Assembly (NCBI GenBank): GCA_963708025.1
Contig: CAVPSB010000049.1
Location: 128,001 to 192,000, forward strand
Length of the DNA: 64,000 nucleotides
Direction: 5' to 3'
Source of the DNA: an uncultured Candidatus Rokubacteria bacterium
GTDB taxonomy: Bacteria > Methylomirabilota > Methylomirabilia > Rokubacteriales > DASRDR01
The notes under the pieces are model-generated. The model was not told where the DNA came from. It did no database searches and worked only from the letters and a program-made list of their open reading frames with translations. The translations under genes were made by a program, and so were the position numbers. Below are positions 18,602-27,532 of this stretch, piece by piece (position 1 is the first letter of the stretch; each line of letters begins with the position of its first letter).

Positions 18602-19366
18602 CCCGGCCAGCTGGCCTCCGTCGATGAAGATGGTCTCGCCGGTCATGAAGTCGGAGGCGGGCGAGGCCAGGTAGACCACGAGCGGGCCCAGCTCTTCGGG
18701 CCGCCCGGTGCGCCGGGCGGGGACCTCGCGGAGGAGGCGCTCGCGGGTCTTCTCGTCGGCGAAGGCGTGGGCGTTCATCGGGGTCACGAACCAGCCCGGC
18801 GCGATGGCGTTCACCTGGATGTTGTGGCGGGCCCACTCGACGGCCAGCGTCCGCGTCAGCGCGATCAGGCCGCCCTTGGACGCGCTGTAGGCGGTGTAGC
18901 CGGCCAGCCCGTGGGCGCCGAGCACGGAGGCGATGTTGATCACCTTGCCGCTCCGCCGGGCAATCATGGCCCGCCCGGCCGCCCGGCACAGCGCGAACAC
19001 GCCGGTCAGGTTCGTGTCGAGGACGACCCGCCATTCCTCGAGCGTCGTCTCCACCAGCGGCTTGACCACCGCGGTGCCGGAGTTGTTGACGAGCACGTCG
19101 ATCCTCCCGAGCGCGTCGAGGATGTCTCCCACCGCCCCCTCGATCTCGGCGGGGACCGCGATGTCGGCTGGCCGCACCAGGACCGAGCGCCCGAGGTCCT
19201 TCGCGGCGGCGGCGGTCTCCTCGAGATCGCCGCGCGATCGGGCTAGCAGCGCGAGGTCGGCTCCCGCCTCGGCCAGGGCCAGCGCCATCGCCCGGCCGAG
19301 CCCGCGGCTGGCCCCGGTCACCAGGGCGACCCGGCCATCGAGCCGGAGCTGATCGAAGACCCCCAC
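18599..19366 (-). CDS. SDR oxidoreductase (KduD/gluconate 5-dehydrogenase-like)
   Basis: TGASRGLG, NNSG, YSASK, NAIAPG, DGG. Confidence 0.9.
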   Translation of the reverse strand: MGVFDQLRLDGRVALVTGASRGLGRAMALALAEAGADLALLARSRGDLEETAAAAKDLGRSVLVRPADIAVPAEIEGAVGDILDALGRIDVLVNNSGTAVVKPLVETTLEEWRVVLDTNLTGVFALCRAAGRAMIARRSGKVINIASVLGAHGLAGYTAYSASKGGLIALTRTLAVEWARHNIQVNAIAPGWFVTPMNAHAFADEKTRERLLREVPARRTGRPEELGPLVVYLASPASDFMTGETIFIDGGQLAG

Positions 19367-19409
19367 GGTTTCCGCCTAGGCTCCCTGAACCGCCAAAGTG
19401 ACTGAAGAC

Positions 19410-19587
19410 GAGTCGAGTTCTCGGCAGGGCCGAGGAGCGAGCAGCGCCCACAGGCCGAAGGCCGTCCGAAGAACGCAGGGAGTCGCCGACCGCAGGCGTA
19501 CTCCTAGTACGCCGAGGATCGGCGACGACCCCAAAGGCCGAAGGCCGTCCGAACGACGACGCGATGCGACGCTCATCGGCCCTGCCG
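19410..19587 (-). repeat. Repeat family B copy directly after the acyl-CoA ligase stop
   Basis: Reverse complement aligns with 59880-60145 and 34733-34846 (GCCGATGAGCGTCGCA...ATCCTCGGCGTAC.....GTACGCCTGCGGTCGGCG...GCGCTGCTCGCTCCTCG). Confidence 0.88.
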
Positions 19588-21417
19588 CTAGCTCTGATAC
19601 AGAGACTCGATGAGATCCGTGTAGTTCGCGCTGACCACCTTCCGCTTCACCTTCAGTGTCGGGGTCAGCTCCCCGCTCTCCGTCGTGAAGTCGGCCGGCA
19701 GCACCGCGAACCGCTTCAACCGCGCGTACGAGGCGAGCTTGTCGTTGACCTGATCCACGGTCCGGCGGATCCGCTCCACCACGGCCGGGTTGCGGGCCAT
19801 CTCGGCCAGCGGCTTGTCGCCGAGCCCGGCGTTCCGGGCGAACTTGCCCAACTCGTCGGGGTTCAGGGTGATCAGGGCGATCGGGTAGGGCCGGCGGTCC
19901 CCGTAGACCATCGCCTGGCTGACGAAGGGGTCACCCTTCAGGAGGTTCTCGATGTGCTGCGGGGCGACGTAGCTGCCCCCGGCCGTCTTGATCAAGTCCT
20001 TCTTCCGGTCGGTGATGCGGAGGAAGCCCTCGGCGTCGATCTCACCGATGTCGCCGGTGTGGAACCAGCCGTCGGCCTTGAAGACCTCGCCGGTCTCCTC
20101 GGGCCGGCGGTAGTACCCCTTCGCGATGTTCCCGCCCCGGGCCACGATCTCCCCGTCGTCGGCGATCCGGAGCTCGACCCCGGGGAAAGCCATCCCGACC
20201 GTGCCGAACTTATAGCGCCGCACCCGGTTGGCGGTGAGGATGGGACAGGTCTCGGTCAACCCGTACCCCTCCAGGATCAGGATCCCGACGGCGTGGAAGA
20301 ATTCGGCGATCTCGCGGGCCAGCGGGGCGCCGCCCGAGAAGCAGAAGCGGAGCCGGCCACCGAGCGCCGCGTGGAGCTTCGAGAACACGAGCTTGTGGGC
20401 GATGGCGTGCTGGGCGGTGAGCCCGAGCGGCAGCGGCCGGCCCTCCCGGGCGTGGCGGCTCACCTCGCGGCCGACGCCCAGCGCCCAGTAGAAGATCTTC
20501 TTCTTCAGCCCGGGGCCGGCCTCCACACCCGTCAGGACCTTGGCGTAGACCTTCTCGAAGACGCGCGGGACGCTGCAGATGAAATGGGGCCGGACCTCCT
20601 TCAGGTTCTCCGAGAGCTTCTCGAGGCTCTCGGCGAACGCCGTCACCAGCCCCTCGTGCACGCCGAGCAAGCTCTCGAAGCGGGCGAAGGAGTGGGCGAG
20701 GGGCAGGAAGAGGAGATGGACGTCGCCCTCGCCGACCTCGGTTACCTCCTCCGCCGCCCGGAGGGCGGCGAGGTGGTTGGCGTGGGTCTGGACGACGCCC
20801 TTGGGATGCCCGGTGGTGCCGGAGGTGTAGACGATCGTCGCGATGTCGTCCGGGGCGACCGCGGCGAGCCGTTCGGCCAGCGCGGGCTCGAGCTGCGTCC
20901 GTCCGGAGCGCCCGAGCGAGCGCAAGCCCGCCCAGTCCAGCAGTCGGAGCTTTCGTCCGCCAGCCGGGACCTCGGCTCCGGGCGCGTCGCCCTGGATCAC
21001 CACGATGGACTGCAGCCCCGGCATCTCCTTCGCCGCCTCGAGCGCCTTGGCGAGCTGGGCCGCGTCCTCCACGACGAGGGTCTTGGCCTCGGAGTCGTTC
21101 ACGATGAAGGCCAGGCCCTCGACGGGATAGCTCGGGTAGACGGGGATCGTGACCGCCCCGGCCGAGAAGATCGCGAAGTCCGCACGCACCCACTCCGCCC
21201 GCGTCTGGGAGAGCAGCGCGACCCGGTCGCCCCGCTGCCGGCCGAGGGCGAGCAGCCCCAGGGCCAGCTCGCGGACTTCGTCACCCAGCTCACGCCAGGA
21301 AACCTCCTTCCAGCCGCCACCGACCTTGACCATCTGGGCCGGCCGGTCCGCGTGCCGCTCGACCCGCTCCCAGAACATCCGCGCGAGCGTCTCCTGAGCC
21401 ACGGCATCCCTCCTCAT
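19588..21417 (-). CDS. Long-chain fatty acid-CoA ligase
   Basis: YTSGTTGHPKG, LPLAH, EGYGLTET, TGDIG, ITDRKKD. Confidence 0.92.
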   Translation of the reverse strand: MRRDAVAQETLARMFWERVERHADRPAQMVKVGGGWKEVSWRELGDEVRELALGLLALGRQRGDRVALLSQTRAEWVRADFAIFSAGAVTIPVYPSYPVEGLAFIVNDSEAKTLVVEDAAQLAKALEAAKEMPGLQSIVVIQGDAPGAEVPAGGRKLRLLDWAGLRSLGRSGRTQLEPALAERLAAVAPDDIATIVYTSGTTGHPKGVVQTHANHLAALRAAEEVTEVGEGDVHLLFLPLAHSFARFESLLGVHEGLVTAFAESLEKLSENLKEVRPHFICSVPRVFEKVYAKVLTGVEAGPGLKKKIFYWALGVGREVSRHAREGRPLPLGLTAQHAIAHKLVFSKLHAALGGRLRFCFSGGAPLAREIAEFFHAVGILILEGYGLTETCPILTANRVRRYKFGTVGMAFPGVELRIADDGEIVARGGNIAKGYYRRPEETGEVFKADGWFHTGDIGEIDAEGFLRITDRKKDLIKTAGGSYVAPQHIENLLKGDPFVSQAMVYGDRRPYPIALITLNPDELGKFARNAGLGDKPLAEMARNPAVVERIRRTVDQVNDKLASYARLKRFAVLPADFTTESGELTPTLKVKRKVVSANYTDLIESLYQS

Positions 21418-21494
21418 CCCATCACCCCGCAGCCGAGGTGATCATGTGTAACTAGCTGTACAGTCGTGACTAACCACCATACTAGCGCCTTGGA

Positions 21495-21542
21495 TAACGC
21501 ATCGCGTTAGAAATCGCTTGCCCGTCATGACGCACCGTGTTA
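21495..21542. promoter_or_regulatory. Two 15-bp palindromic boxes upstream of the phasin gene (candidate PhaR operator)
   Basis: TAACGC-ATC-GCGTTA (21495-21509) and TGACGC-ACC-GTGTTA (21528-21542). Confidence 0.65.
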
Positions 21543-21641
21543 TCGTCCTCTGTGATGAAGCTCAGCGGTTCCCGATCCCGATCATCGGCGGCGTCCCGCC
21601 AGCCCGGCGGCGCGACCGCCCTCCACAGGAGGAGTCACCAG

Positions 21642-22118
21642 ATGGCCACCGCGAAGTCCCAGACCGAGACCCACGCCGACACCGCGTCCCAGCTGTTCAC
21701 CCAGATCCAGACCAAGGCGCTCGACGCATTTGCCGCGTTCGCCGAGACGAACCAGCGCGTCCTCCAGGGGTTCGTCGACCTCACCGTGTCGACCGCGAAG
21801 GAGAGCATGCGCGCCTACGCCGAGCTGCAGTCTGCCGCCGTCGAGACGGCGCGGGCGAACCAGCCGGTGGGCCCGACGGCGCCGACCTTCCCGACCGCCG
21901 AGGAGCTGCGGACCGATCCCTTCACCTGGTACCAGAAGGGCCTCCTCACCTCGATCGACGGGACCCAGAAGGCGTTCCGGCTCATGGAGGCCAACGCCCA
22001 GGTCGTGACCCGCAGCGCGGAGCGCCTCCAGGCGTCGGCCGAGCGGACCGGCAAGGAGATCCAGGAGGCCCTCACCTCCTACGTGAGCCGGATGAAGGAC
22101 CTCTACGCCCGCAACTAA
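21642..22118 (+). CDS. Phasin-like PHA granule protein
   Basis: Ala/Gln/Thr-rich amphipathic helical protein with strong AGGAGG RBS, adjacent to phaR/phaB. Confidence 0.65.
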   Translation: MATAKSQTETHADTASQLFTQIQTKALDAFAAFAETNQRVLQGFVDLTVSTAKESMRAYAELQSAAVETARANQPVGPTAPTFPTAEELRTDPFTWYQKGLLTSIDGTQKAFRLMEANAQVVTRSAERLQASAERTGKEIQEALTSYVSRMKDLYARN

Positions 22119-22159
22119 CGGGCCGGGCCCCCAAAGGGTCCAAGACCCTTCGCCTGACT

Positions 22160-22201
22160 CGAGTCCTCGGAGGGGGCCGCCGAGGCCCCCTCCGAGGGGT
22201 C
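22160..22201. terminator. GC-rich hairpin between the convergent phasin and phaR genes; related to the family C head hairpin
   Basis: CCTCGGAGGGGGCC-GCCGA-GGCCCCCTCCGAGG perfect 14-bp inverted repeat starting 4 nt after the phaR stop. Confidence 0.55.
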
Positions 22202-22690
22202 TCAGCGCTGGGGTCGCGACTCGAGATCCCGCAGCTTGGCCTTGAGCGCGGCCACCTCGGCGCGCAGATCGTCCAGCTCGCTGGCCGCCGGCGTCTCCGG
22301 GGGCTGCGCCGACCCCGACCCTGCAGGCCACCATCCGGCCCGGCTCCCCCACTCCCGCAACACCCGCTCGGCCTCGCGCTGGCTGGCCACGATGCCGGAG
22401 AGGCTTGCTTGCAGCGACTGCTGCACGAACTCCTGCCACGTCTCCCCGTGCTTGATGAGCTGGTGCAGGAAGGAGGTCGGTAGCGCCGAGCGGCGCTCGC
22501 GCTGATTGTCCAGGATGATCTGGGCCAGCGTGAGCGCGGTGAGATCGTCCCCGGTCACTGCGTCCACCACCCGGATCTCCCGGCCCTGCCGGATGAGCTC
22601 CTCCAGCTCCTCCAGCGTCACGTAACGGCTGCGGCTCTGGTCGTAGAGCTTCCGGTTGGCGTAGCGCTTGATGAGGATTGGCTCGTCCAT
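22202..22690 (-). CDS. phaR: PHA synthesis regulator PhaR
   Basis: IKRYANRKLYD...SRYVTL...VVDAVTGDDLT..TLAQII DNA-binding domain. Confidence 0.9.
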   Translation of the reverse strand: MDEPILIKRYANRKLYDQSRSRYVTLEELEELIRQGREIRVVDAVTGDDLTALTLAQIILDNQRERRSALPTSFLHQLIKHGETWQEFVQQSLQASLSGIVASQREAERVLREWGSRAGWWPAGSGSAQPPETPAASELDDLRAEVAALKAKLRDLESRPQR

Positions 22691-22725
22691 GCCTCGGTCG
22701 GCCCCCCCGGCCCGGAAGCCAAGTC

Positions 22726-22740
22726 TAACACCCCGCGTCA
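22726..22740 (-). promoter_or_regulatory. Third copy of the 15-bp box, upstream of phaR
   Basis: Minus strand TGACGC-GGG-GTGTTA; half-sites identical to 21528-21542. Confidence 0.65.
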
Positions 22741-22830
22741 TCGGGGCAAAGCGTCGGGCAAGCCGGGATGGCGCTGAGGCCCCGGGGCCGCGACGACCGA
22801 TCGGATGTCCGCCGAATTTGGGCGACGCCC

Positions 22831-22891
22831 GCCAATGCCTGCCAATGCCCGCCAATGCCCGATTGATCCGCGGCCGAGGGCGTGCTATCAG
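22831..22891 (+). promoter_or_regulatory. Three tandem 10-bp GCCAATGCC(C/T) repeats abutting a sigma70-like phaB promoter
   Basis: Repeats at 22831-22860, then TTGATC-N17-TATCAG (22863-22891). Confidence 0.55.
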
Positions 22892-22920
22892 GGAACATCC
22901 GCACCGAAGGAGGTCCCCCC

Positions 22921-23666
22921 ATGAAGCTGGAAGGCCGGAATGCTCTCGTCACGGGCGGCTCGCGCGGGATCGGTCGGGCCATCGCCCTCGAGCTGGCCCG
23001 GGAGGGGGCCGACGTCGTGGTCAACTATCTGGCGAGCGAGGGGGCGGCGCTGGAGGTCGTCCGGGAGATCGAGAAGCTGGGGCGCCGAGCCTTGGCCGTG
23101 CGGGCGGACGTGAGCGACTTCCCCGACACCTTCCGCATGGCCCAGGAGATCCTGGGCACCTTCGGGACCGTCAACATCCTCGTGAACAACGCCGGCATCA
23201 GCAGCGACAAGACCTTCGTCAAGATGGACCACGCCTCCTGGCGCAAGGTGCTCGCGATCAACCTCGACGGCGTCTTCAACTGCACCAAGGTCTTCGTGGA
23301 CTCCATGCTCAAGCGAACTACGGGCGGATCGTGAACATCACCTCGGTCATCGGTCAGATCGGCAACTTCGGCCAGGCGAACTACGCGGCGTCGAAGGCGG
23401 GAGTGAGCGCCATGACCAAGTCGCTGGCCAAGGAGCTGGCCGGCAAGGGCATCACCGTCAATGCCGTCGCCCCCGGCTTCATCGAGACCGAGATGGTGGA
23501 CTCGATCCCCGAGAAGGTGAAGCAGCGACTCCTGGACCAGATTCCCCTGCGCCGCTTCGGGAAGGCCGAAGAGGTGGCGCGGGCCGTGATCTACCTGGTC
23601 TCCTCCGACGGCGACTACATCACCGGCGAGGAGCTCTCGATGAACGGCGGCCTATTGATGAGGTGA
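22921..23666 (+). CDS. phaB: Acetoacetyl-CoA reductase (PhaB/FabG-type SDR), one frameshift near 23310
   Basis: TGGSRGIG and NNAGI in one frame; GRIVNITS.IGQIGNFGQANYAASK continues in another; PHA cluster context. Confidence 0.8.
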
Positions 23667-23825
23667 GACTCGGAAGACCCCCCCGATTCCCTCCCGCGGA
23701 GGCCGCGGCGAATCCGCGGCTCGTAGCGGAACGCCACGGCCGCGCGGCCAGCACCACAGGGTTGCGAGAAGCCGATGCGCGGCCGGAACTGCAGTCCCCG
23801 GGCATTCGTTCACGAGCGCTGACCG
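23667..23825 (+). repeat. Repeat family C copy directly after the phaB stop
   Basis: TGA-GACTCGGAAGACCCCCCCGAT..., homologous to 16958-17128 in the opposite orientation. Confidence 0.85.
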
Positions 23826-23851
23826 TCCCAGGGCCGTGCCCGTCGCCGTGG

Positions 23852-24430
23852 TCAGGAGCGGACGGGGCGGGGCTCCCACAGCTCGAGCATCTTCGTCGCG
23901 ACTGCCAGGCCGCTCGTCGCCCAGAACGACATCGCGTGGACGGCCAGCGCGACCGGCGTGCAGGCGACGCCACCCCAGCCCCGGGCGGGCTGCGGCTCGG
24001 CGTAGTCGATGTGCACCCGGGACGGCATCACCCAGGCCTCGCCCTCGACCACGATCTCGCCGGCCTGGTTGGCGCAGGCCGTCCGGAGCGCCACGCGGTT
24101 CCGCTCCCGCAGCACCTCGGTCACCTCCACGCGCGCCGTGATCGCGTCCCCGATGCGGACCGGGCGCAGGAACCGGAACGTCTGCGAGAGATAGATGGTG
24201 CCCGGGCCGGGCAGCCGCGTGCCGATTACCGCCGAGAGGAGCCCGCCGGTGAGGATGCCGGGCGCGATGACCTCGCCGAAGCGCGTCGTGGCGGCGAAGG
24301 CCGGGTCCGAATGGAGCGGGTTGTCGTCGCCGGTCGCCTCGACGAACTCGCGAATCGTCTCCGCCGTCACCGAGCGTGTCAGCTCGGCCGTGTCACCGAC
24401 CGCCAGCTCCTCGATCGTGCGTCCGGTCAT
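23852..24430 (-). CDS. phaJ: MaoC-family (R)-specific enoyl-CoA hydratase
   Basis: TGDDNPLH.D..FA..TRFG..IAPG, LPGPGTIYLSQ..RFLRPV.IGD. Confidence 0.8.
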   Translation of the reverse strand: MTGRTIEELAVGDTAELTRSVTAETIREFVEATGDDNPLHSDPAFAATTRFGEVIAPGILTGGLLSAVIGTRLPGPGTIYLSQTFRFLRPVRIGDAITARVEVTEVLRERNRVALRTACANQAGEIVVEGEAWVMPSRVHIDYAEPQPARGWGGVACTPVALAVHAMSFWATSGLAVATKMLELWEPRPVRS

Positions 24431-25011
24431 GCTCCCTCCTTAGGTCCGGCGGCGCGCCGCTGGGCCGCCTCTTCGTGGTCGGTGACCGCGCGCAGCGTGG
24501 CCGTGATGAGCGCCTTCAGCTCGTCGAGACGATCCTCGACCCGCTCGATCCGCTCCTCGAGGTTCACCACCTGCGCAGCGATGCCGACGACCTGCCCGCG
24601 GGAGGGCAGACCGAGTGCCTTGAGCGCCACGTCGTTGTACTGCTCCATCGCCTTCTTCGCCGGTGCCTGGATCGACAGGAACTGATCCATGTAGCGACCC
24701 AGGGCCTGGGCGAACCCCTCGCTGGCCATCGCCTGGCCGAGCGCCCGGGACCAGACCTCGATCCACTGGTCCATGAAAGCCTTCCACTGCTGCATGAACT
24801 CGGGGCTCACCTTCCCCTGCGCCGCCGCCTGCTGCCAGACGTCCATGCCCTGGGTGAGGAGCGGTCGCCAGAACTGGCTGAAGTCGAAGGGCGGCGAGCT
24901 GGGCGGGGCCTGGGTCATGGGCCCCATTGCCTTGAGCCACGCCTGGGTCCCCTCCTCGAGAGAGCGGCGCCAGAGGTCGAACAGCTCCTGGGTCGCGCCT
25001 TGGGTCGCCAT
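24427..25011 (-). CDS. phaE: PhaE-like subunit of class III PHA synthase
   Basis: Trp/Gln-rich helical protein with C-terminal LGLPSR...LEERIERVE coiled coil, downstream of phaC. Confidence 0.7.
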   Translation of the reverse strand: MATQGATQELFDLWRRSLEEGTQAWLKAMGPMTQAPPSSPPFDFSQFWRPLLTQGMDVWQQAAAQGKVSPEFMQQWKAFMDQWIEVWSRALGQAMASEGFAQALGRYMDQFLSIQAPAKKAMEQYNDVALKALGLPSRGQVVGIAAQVVNLEERIERVEDRLDELKALITATLRAVTDHEEAAQRRAAGPKEGA

Positions 25012-25099
25012 ACGCCTGTCTCCCGTGTGCCCGATCAGAATGCAATGCCCATGCCCAATGCCCATGGGCATGGGCATACCGGGCCGCCGCAACCGGCCG

Positions 25100-26203
25100 T
25101 CAACCCGAGCGCTCCGCCAGCCACTCGGAGACGCGCGGCCAGCAGTGCCGGAAGGCGGCGCGGCCGGCGATGAGTGAAATGTGACCGCCCGGCAGCTCCA
25201 GGTACGTCTTGTCCTGGGTCCCGACGTGGTCGAGCAGGGCCCGGACGCACGGCGCCGGCGCGATGTAGTCCTCGGCGCCGGCCGCCACGAACACCGGGCA
25301 GCGAATCTGCTGGAGGTCCACGAGTCGCCCGCCGAGCCGCAGCTCCTTGCGGATCAATCGGTTCTCCTGGTAGAACTCCTTCACCCACTGCCGGAAGAAC
25401 TCGCCCGGGAACGGCACGTACTCGTTCGCCCATCGCCCGAGCGCCTTGTAGCCGTCCACGTACTTGTCGTTGTCGAGGTTCCACCACAGGTTGAGGGCGG
25501 TGGTGAGGTCCATCGTAGGCCGGAGCAGCTTGAACCCGACCCGGACCCAGTCGGCGGGGATCGCGCCCACCGTGTCAACGACCCGGTCCACGTCGTAGAA
25601 CCGCTTGTCGAGCCAGCGCGCGAAGAGCCCGGCCTGCGAGAAATCGATCGGGCCCGCCATGTTCACGTACGCCCTCACCGGCGCCTCCGGGTGCAGCGCG
25701 ACGTAGCAGGCCGAGAGCGGCGCCCCCATGCAGTAGCCGACGATGGACAGCCCGGAGACGCCCGAGGCCTCGAGCGTCTTCTTGACCATCCGCGGCAGGA
25801 TGCGCGTGACACACTCGTCCACGGTGAGGCCGTTGTCTTCCTCGCCGTAGACGCCCCAGTCCAGGAGGAAGAAGTCGAACCCCTGCCCGCTCATGTACTC
25901 CACGAAGGACGACCCGGGCTGGAGGTCGAAGATCGTCGGCCGGCTGATCCCGAGGTTGGGCACGAACAAGAGCGGGACCCGGCGCGTGCGCGGGCCCGCG
26001 TACCGGTAGAGCCGCGCCTTGTTCCGGCGGTAGACCTCCTCCCGCGGGCTGACGCCGATCTGAGGCTCGGCGGGATCGGTGATGAACTCCATGGCCCTGG
26101 CGGAGCGCCTGACGTTCCGGAGCCACTCGTCGGAGAGCGCCTTGAACGTCTCCGCCTGCTGCGCCGCATCGAGCATCGGGTCCCTCCCTGTCGGGGTCGT
26201 CAT
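25100..26203 (-). CDS. phaC: Class III PHA synthase PhaC
   Basis: 367 aa; DLQPGSSFVEY, LDWG, GYCMG lipase box, GP.DF, EDYIAP (Asp), GGHIS (His). Confidence 0.88.
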   Translation of the reverse strand: MTTPTGRDPMLDAAQQAETFKALSDEWLRNVRRSARAMEFITDPAEPQIGVSPREEVYRRNKARLYRYAGPRTRRVPLLFVPNLGISRPTIFDLQPGSSFVEYMSGQGFDFFLLDWGVYGEEDNGLTVDECVTRILPRMVKKTLEASGVSGLSIVGYCMGAPLSACYVALHPEAPVRAYVNMAGPIDFSQAGLFARWLDKRFYDVDRVVDTVGAIPADWVRVGFKLLRPTMDLTTALNLWWNLDNDKYVDGYKALGRWANEYVPFPGEFFRQWVKEFYQENRLIRKELRLGGRLVDLQQIRCPVFVAAGAEDYIAPAPCVRALLDHVGTQDKTYLELPGGHISLIAGRAAFRHCWPRVSEWLAERSG

Positions 26204-26209
26204 GGCTGT

Positions 26210-27532
26210 CTAGATGATACCGTTGGACCGCAGCTCCGCCAGCCTCTCCGGGCCGAAGCCGCAGTACCGGGCGTAGACCTGGCCGTTGTGGTAGCCGACC
26301 GGACGCCCCGGGACCTTCAGGCGGGGCGGCGTGCGGGTCATGCGCCAGGCGGGCATGGCGAGGAGGAGGGGTCCGTAGAGGGGGTCCTCGACGCGGCCGA
26401 AGCAGCCGCGCTCCCACCAGTGCGTCTCCGCCAGCGTCTGGCTTGGCCGGTTGACGGGCCCGAACACCACGACCCCCGGGCCCGGGTCGGCCAGCACCCG
26501 GGCCAGGATCTCGCTCGCGGTGTGGTTCACCGACCACCGCGCGATCTCCTCCCGGAGCGCGGCGCGGTTCTCGGGCTTCGTTCGATCGAGCGTCGTCTTG
26601 AAGCGCGGGTCCTGGGCCAGCTCCGGCCGCCCCATGATCCGGCAGATCGCATGGAAGTTCGGGTCGGTGTAGCCGGCGATGAAGGCCCACCCGTCCTTCA
26701 CCGGGACGAAGGTGTACACGGAGACCGCGAGGTCGTAGACGCCCATGCGCTGCCGGACGTCGCGGGCGGTGTGGTAGAGGAGCAGCGTGTACTCGAGGTA
26801 CCGCATGAGCGCCTCGGCCCCCGACACGTCGATCATCTGGCCCGCGCCCCCCGGCTGATCGCGCCAGTGGAGCGCGGCCAGCGTCGCCGCCCCGGCCCAC
26901 GCCGCCTGGGCGTAGGCGCTGATCCAGCTCCCGACCCGGGTCGGTCGAGCTTCCGGTCGGTCGTCGCCGGGCTCGCCCGTCAGGAACGCCAGTCCCGACA
27001 GGGCCTGGTCGATGAGGTCGTACTCGGGACCACCCTGGGCCGCCCGCGGGCCGAACTGGCCGTGGGTCGAGAGGGCGACGTACACCAGGCGCGGGTTGAG
27101 CGGCTGGAGCTGGCGGTAGCCGATTCCCCAGGCGTCCATCCGACCCGGCGGAAAGCCTTCGATGAGAACGTCGGCGCGGGTCGCGAGCCGCCGGAGCAGC
27201 GCCTGGCCCTCGGGGTGGGCCAGGTTCAGCGTCGCGTACGCGCGGTTCCGACCCTCGGCGAGGAACGCCAGGCCATCGCCCCCCACGCTCGCGTCGACCG
27301 GGCCCCACGCCCGGGCCGGGTCGCCCTCCGGGGGCTCCAGCTTCACCACCTCGGCGCCCAGCTCGCCGAGGAAGCCGGCCAGGACGTGGCCGCCGTAGTG
27401 GCCGACCGAGCAGTCGAGGACGAGCAGCCCGTCGAGCGCCTCGGGCTTCTCGGACACGCGGGCGGGGTCTTCCGCGTGGTGGATCCACTCCTGCCAGGAC
27501 GACGACCGCTCCGCCGAGCCCGGGTTGCTCAT
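26210..27532 (-). CDS. Family III CoA-transferase subunit lacking the usual catalytic Asp
   Basis: LGELGAEVVKLEPP.GDP, NPRLVY, G.GQMID; reads RVGSWISAY where the paralogue has KIGNYLGDW. Confidence 0.85.
   Translation of the reverse strand: MSNPGSAERSSSWQEWIHHAEDPARVSEKPEALDGLLVLDCSVGHYGGHVLAGFLGELGAEVVKLEPPEGDPARAWGPVDASVGGDGLAFLAEGRNRAYATLNLAHPEGQALLRRLATRADVLIEGFPPGRMDAWGIGYRQLQPLNPRLVYVALSTHGQFGPRAAQGGPEYDLIDQALSGLAFLTGEPGDDRPEARPTRVGSWISAYAQAAWAGAATLAALHWRDQPGGAGQMIDVSGAEALMRYLEYTLLLYHTARDVRQRMGVYDLAVSVYTFVPVKDGWAFIAGYTDPNFHAICRIMGRPELAQDPRFKTTLDRTKPENRAALREEIARWSVNHTASEILARVLADPGPGVVVFGPVNRPSQTLAETHWWERGCFGRVEDPLYGPLLLAMPAWRMTRTPPRLKVPGRPVGYHNGQVYARYCGFGPERLAELRSNGII

Noticed and set aside
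19376-19613. Short ORFs similar to those at 59758-60204
   Set aside because: The similarity comes from repeat family B DNA; there is no RBS or codon-bias support.
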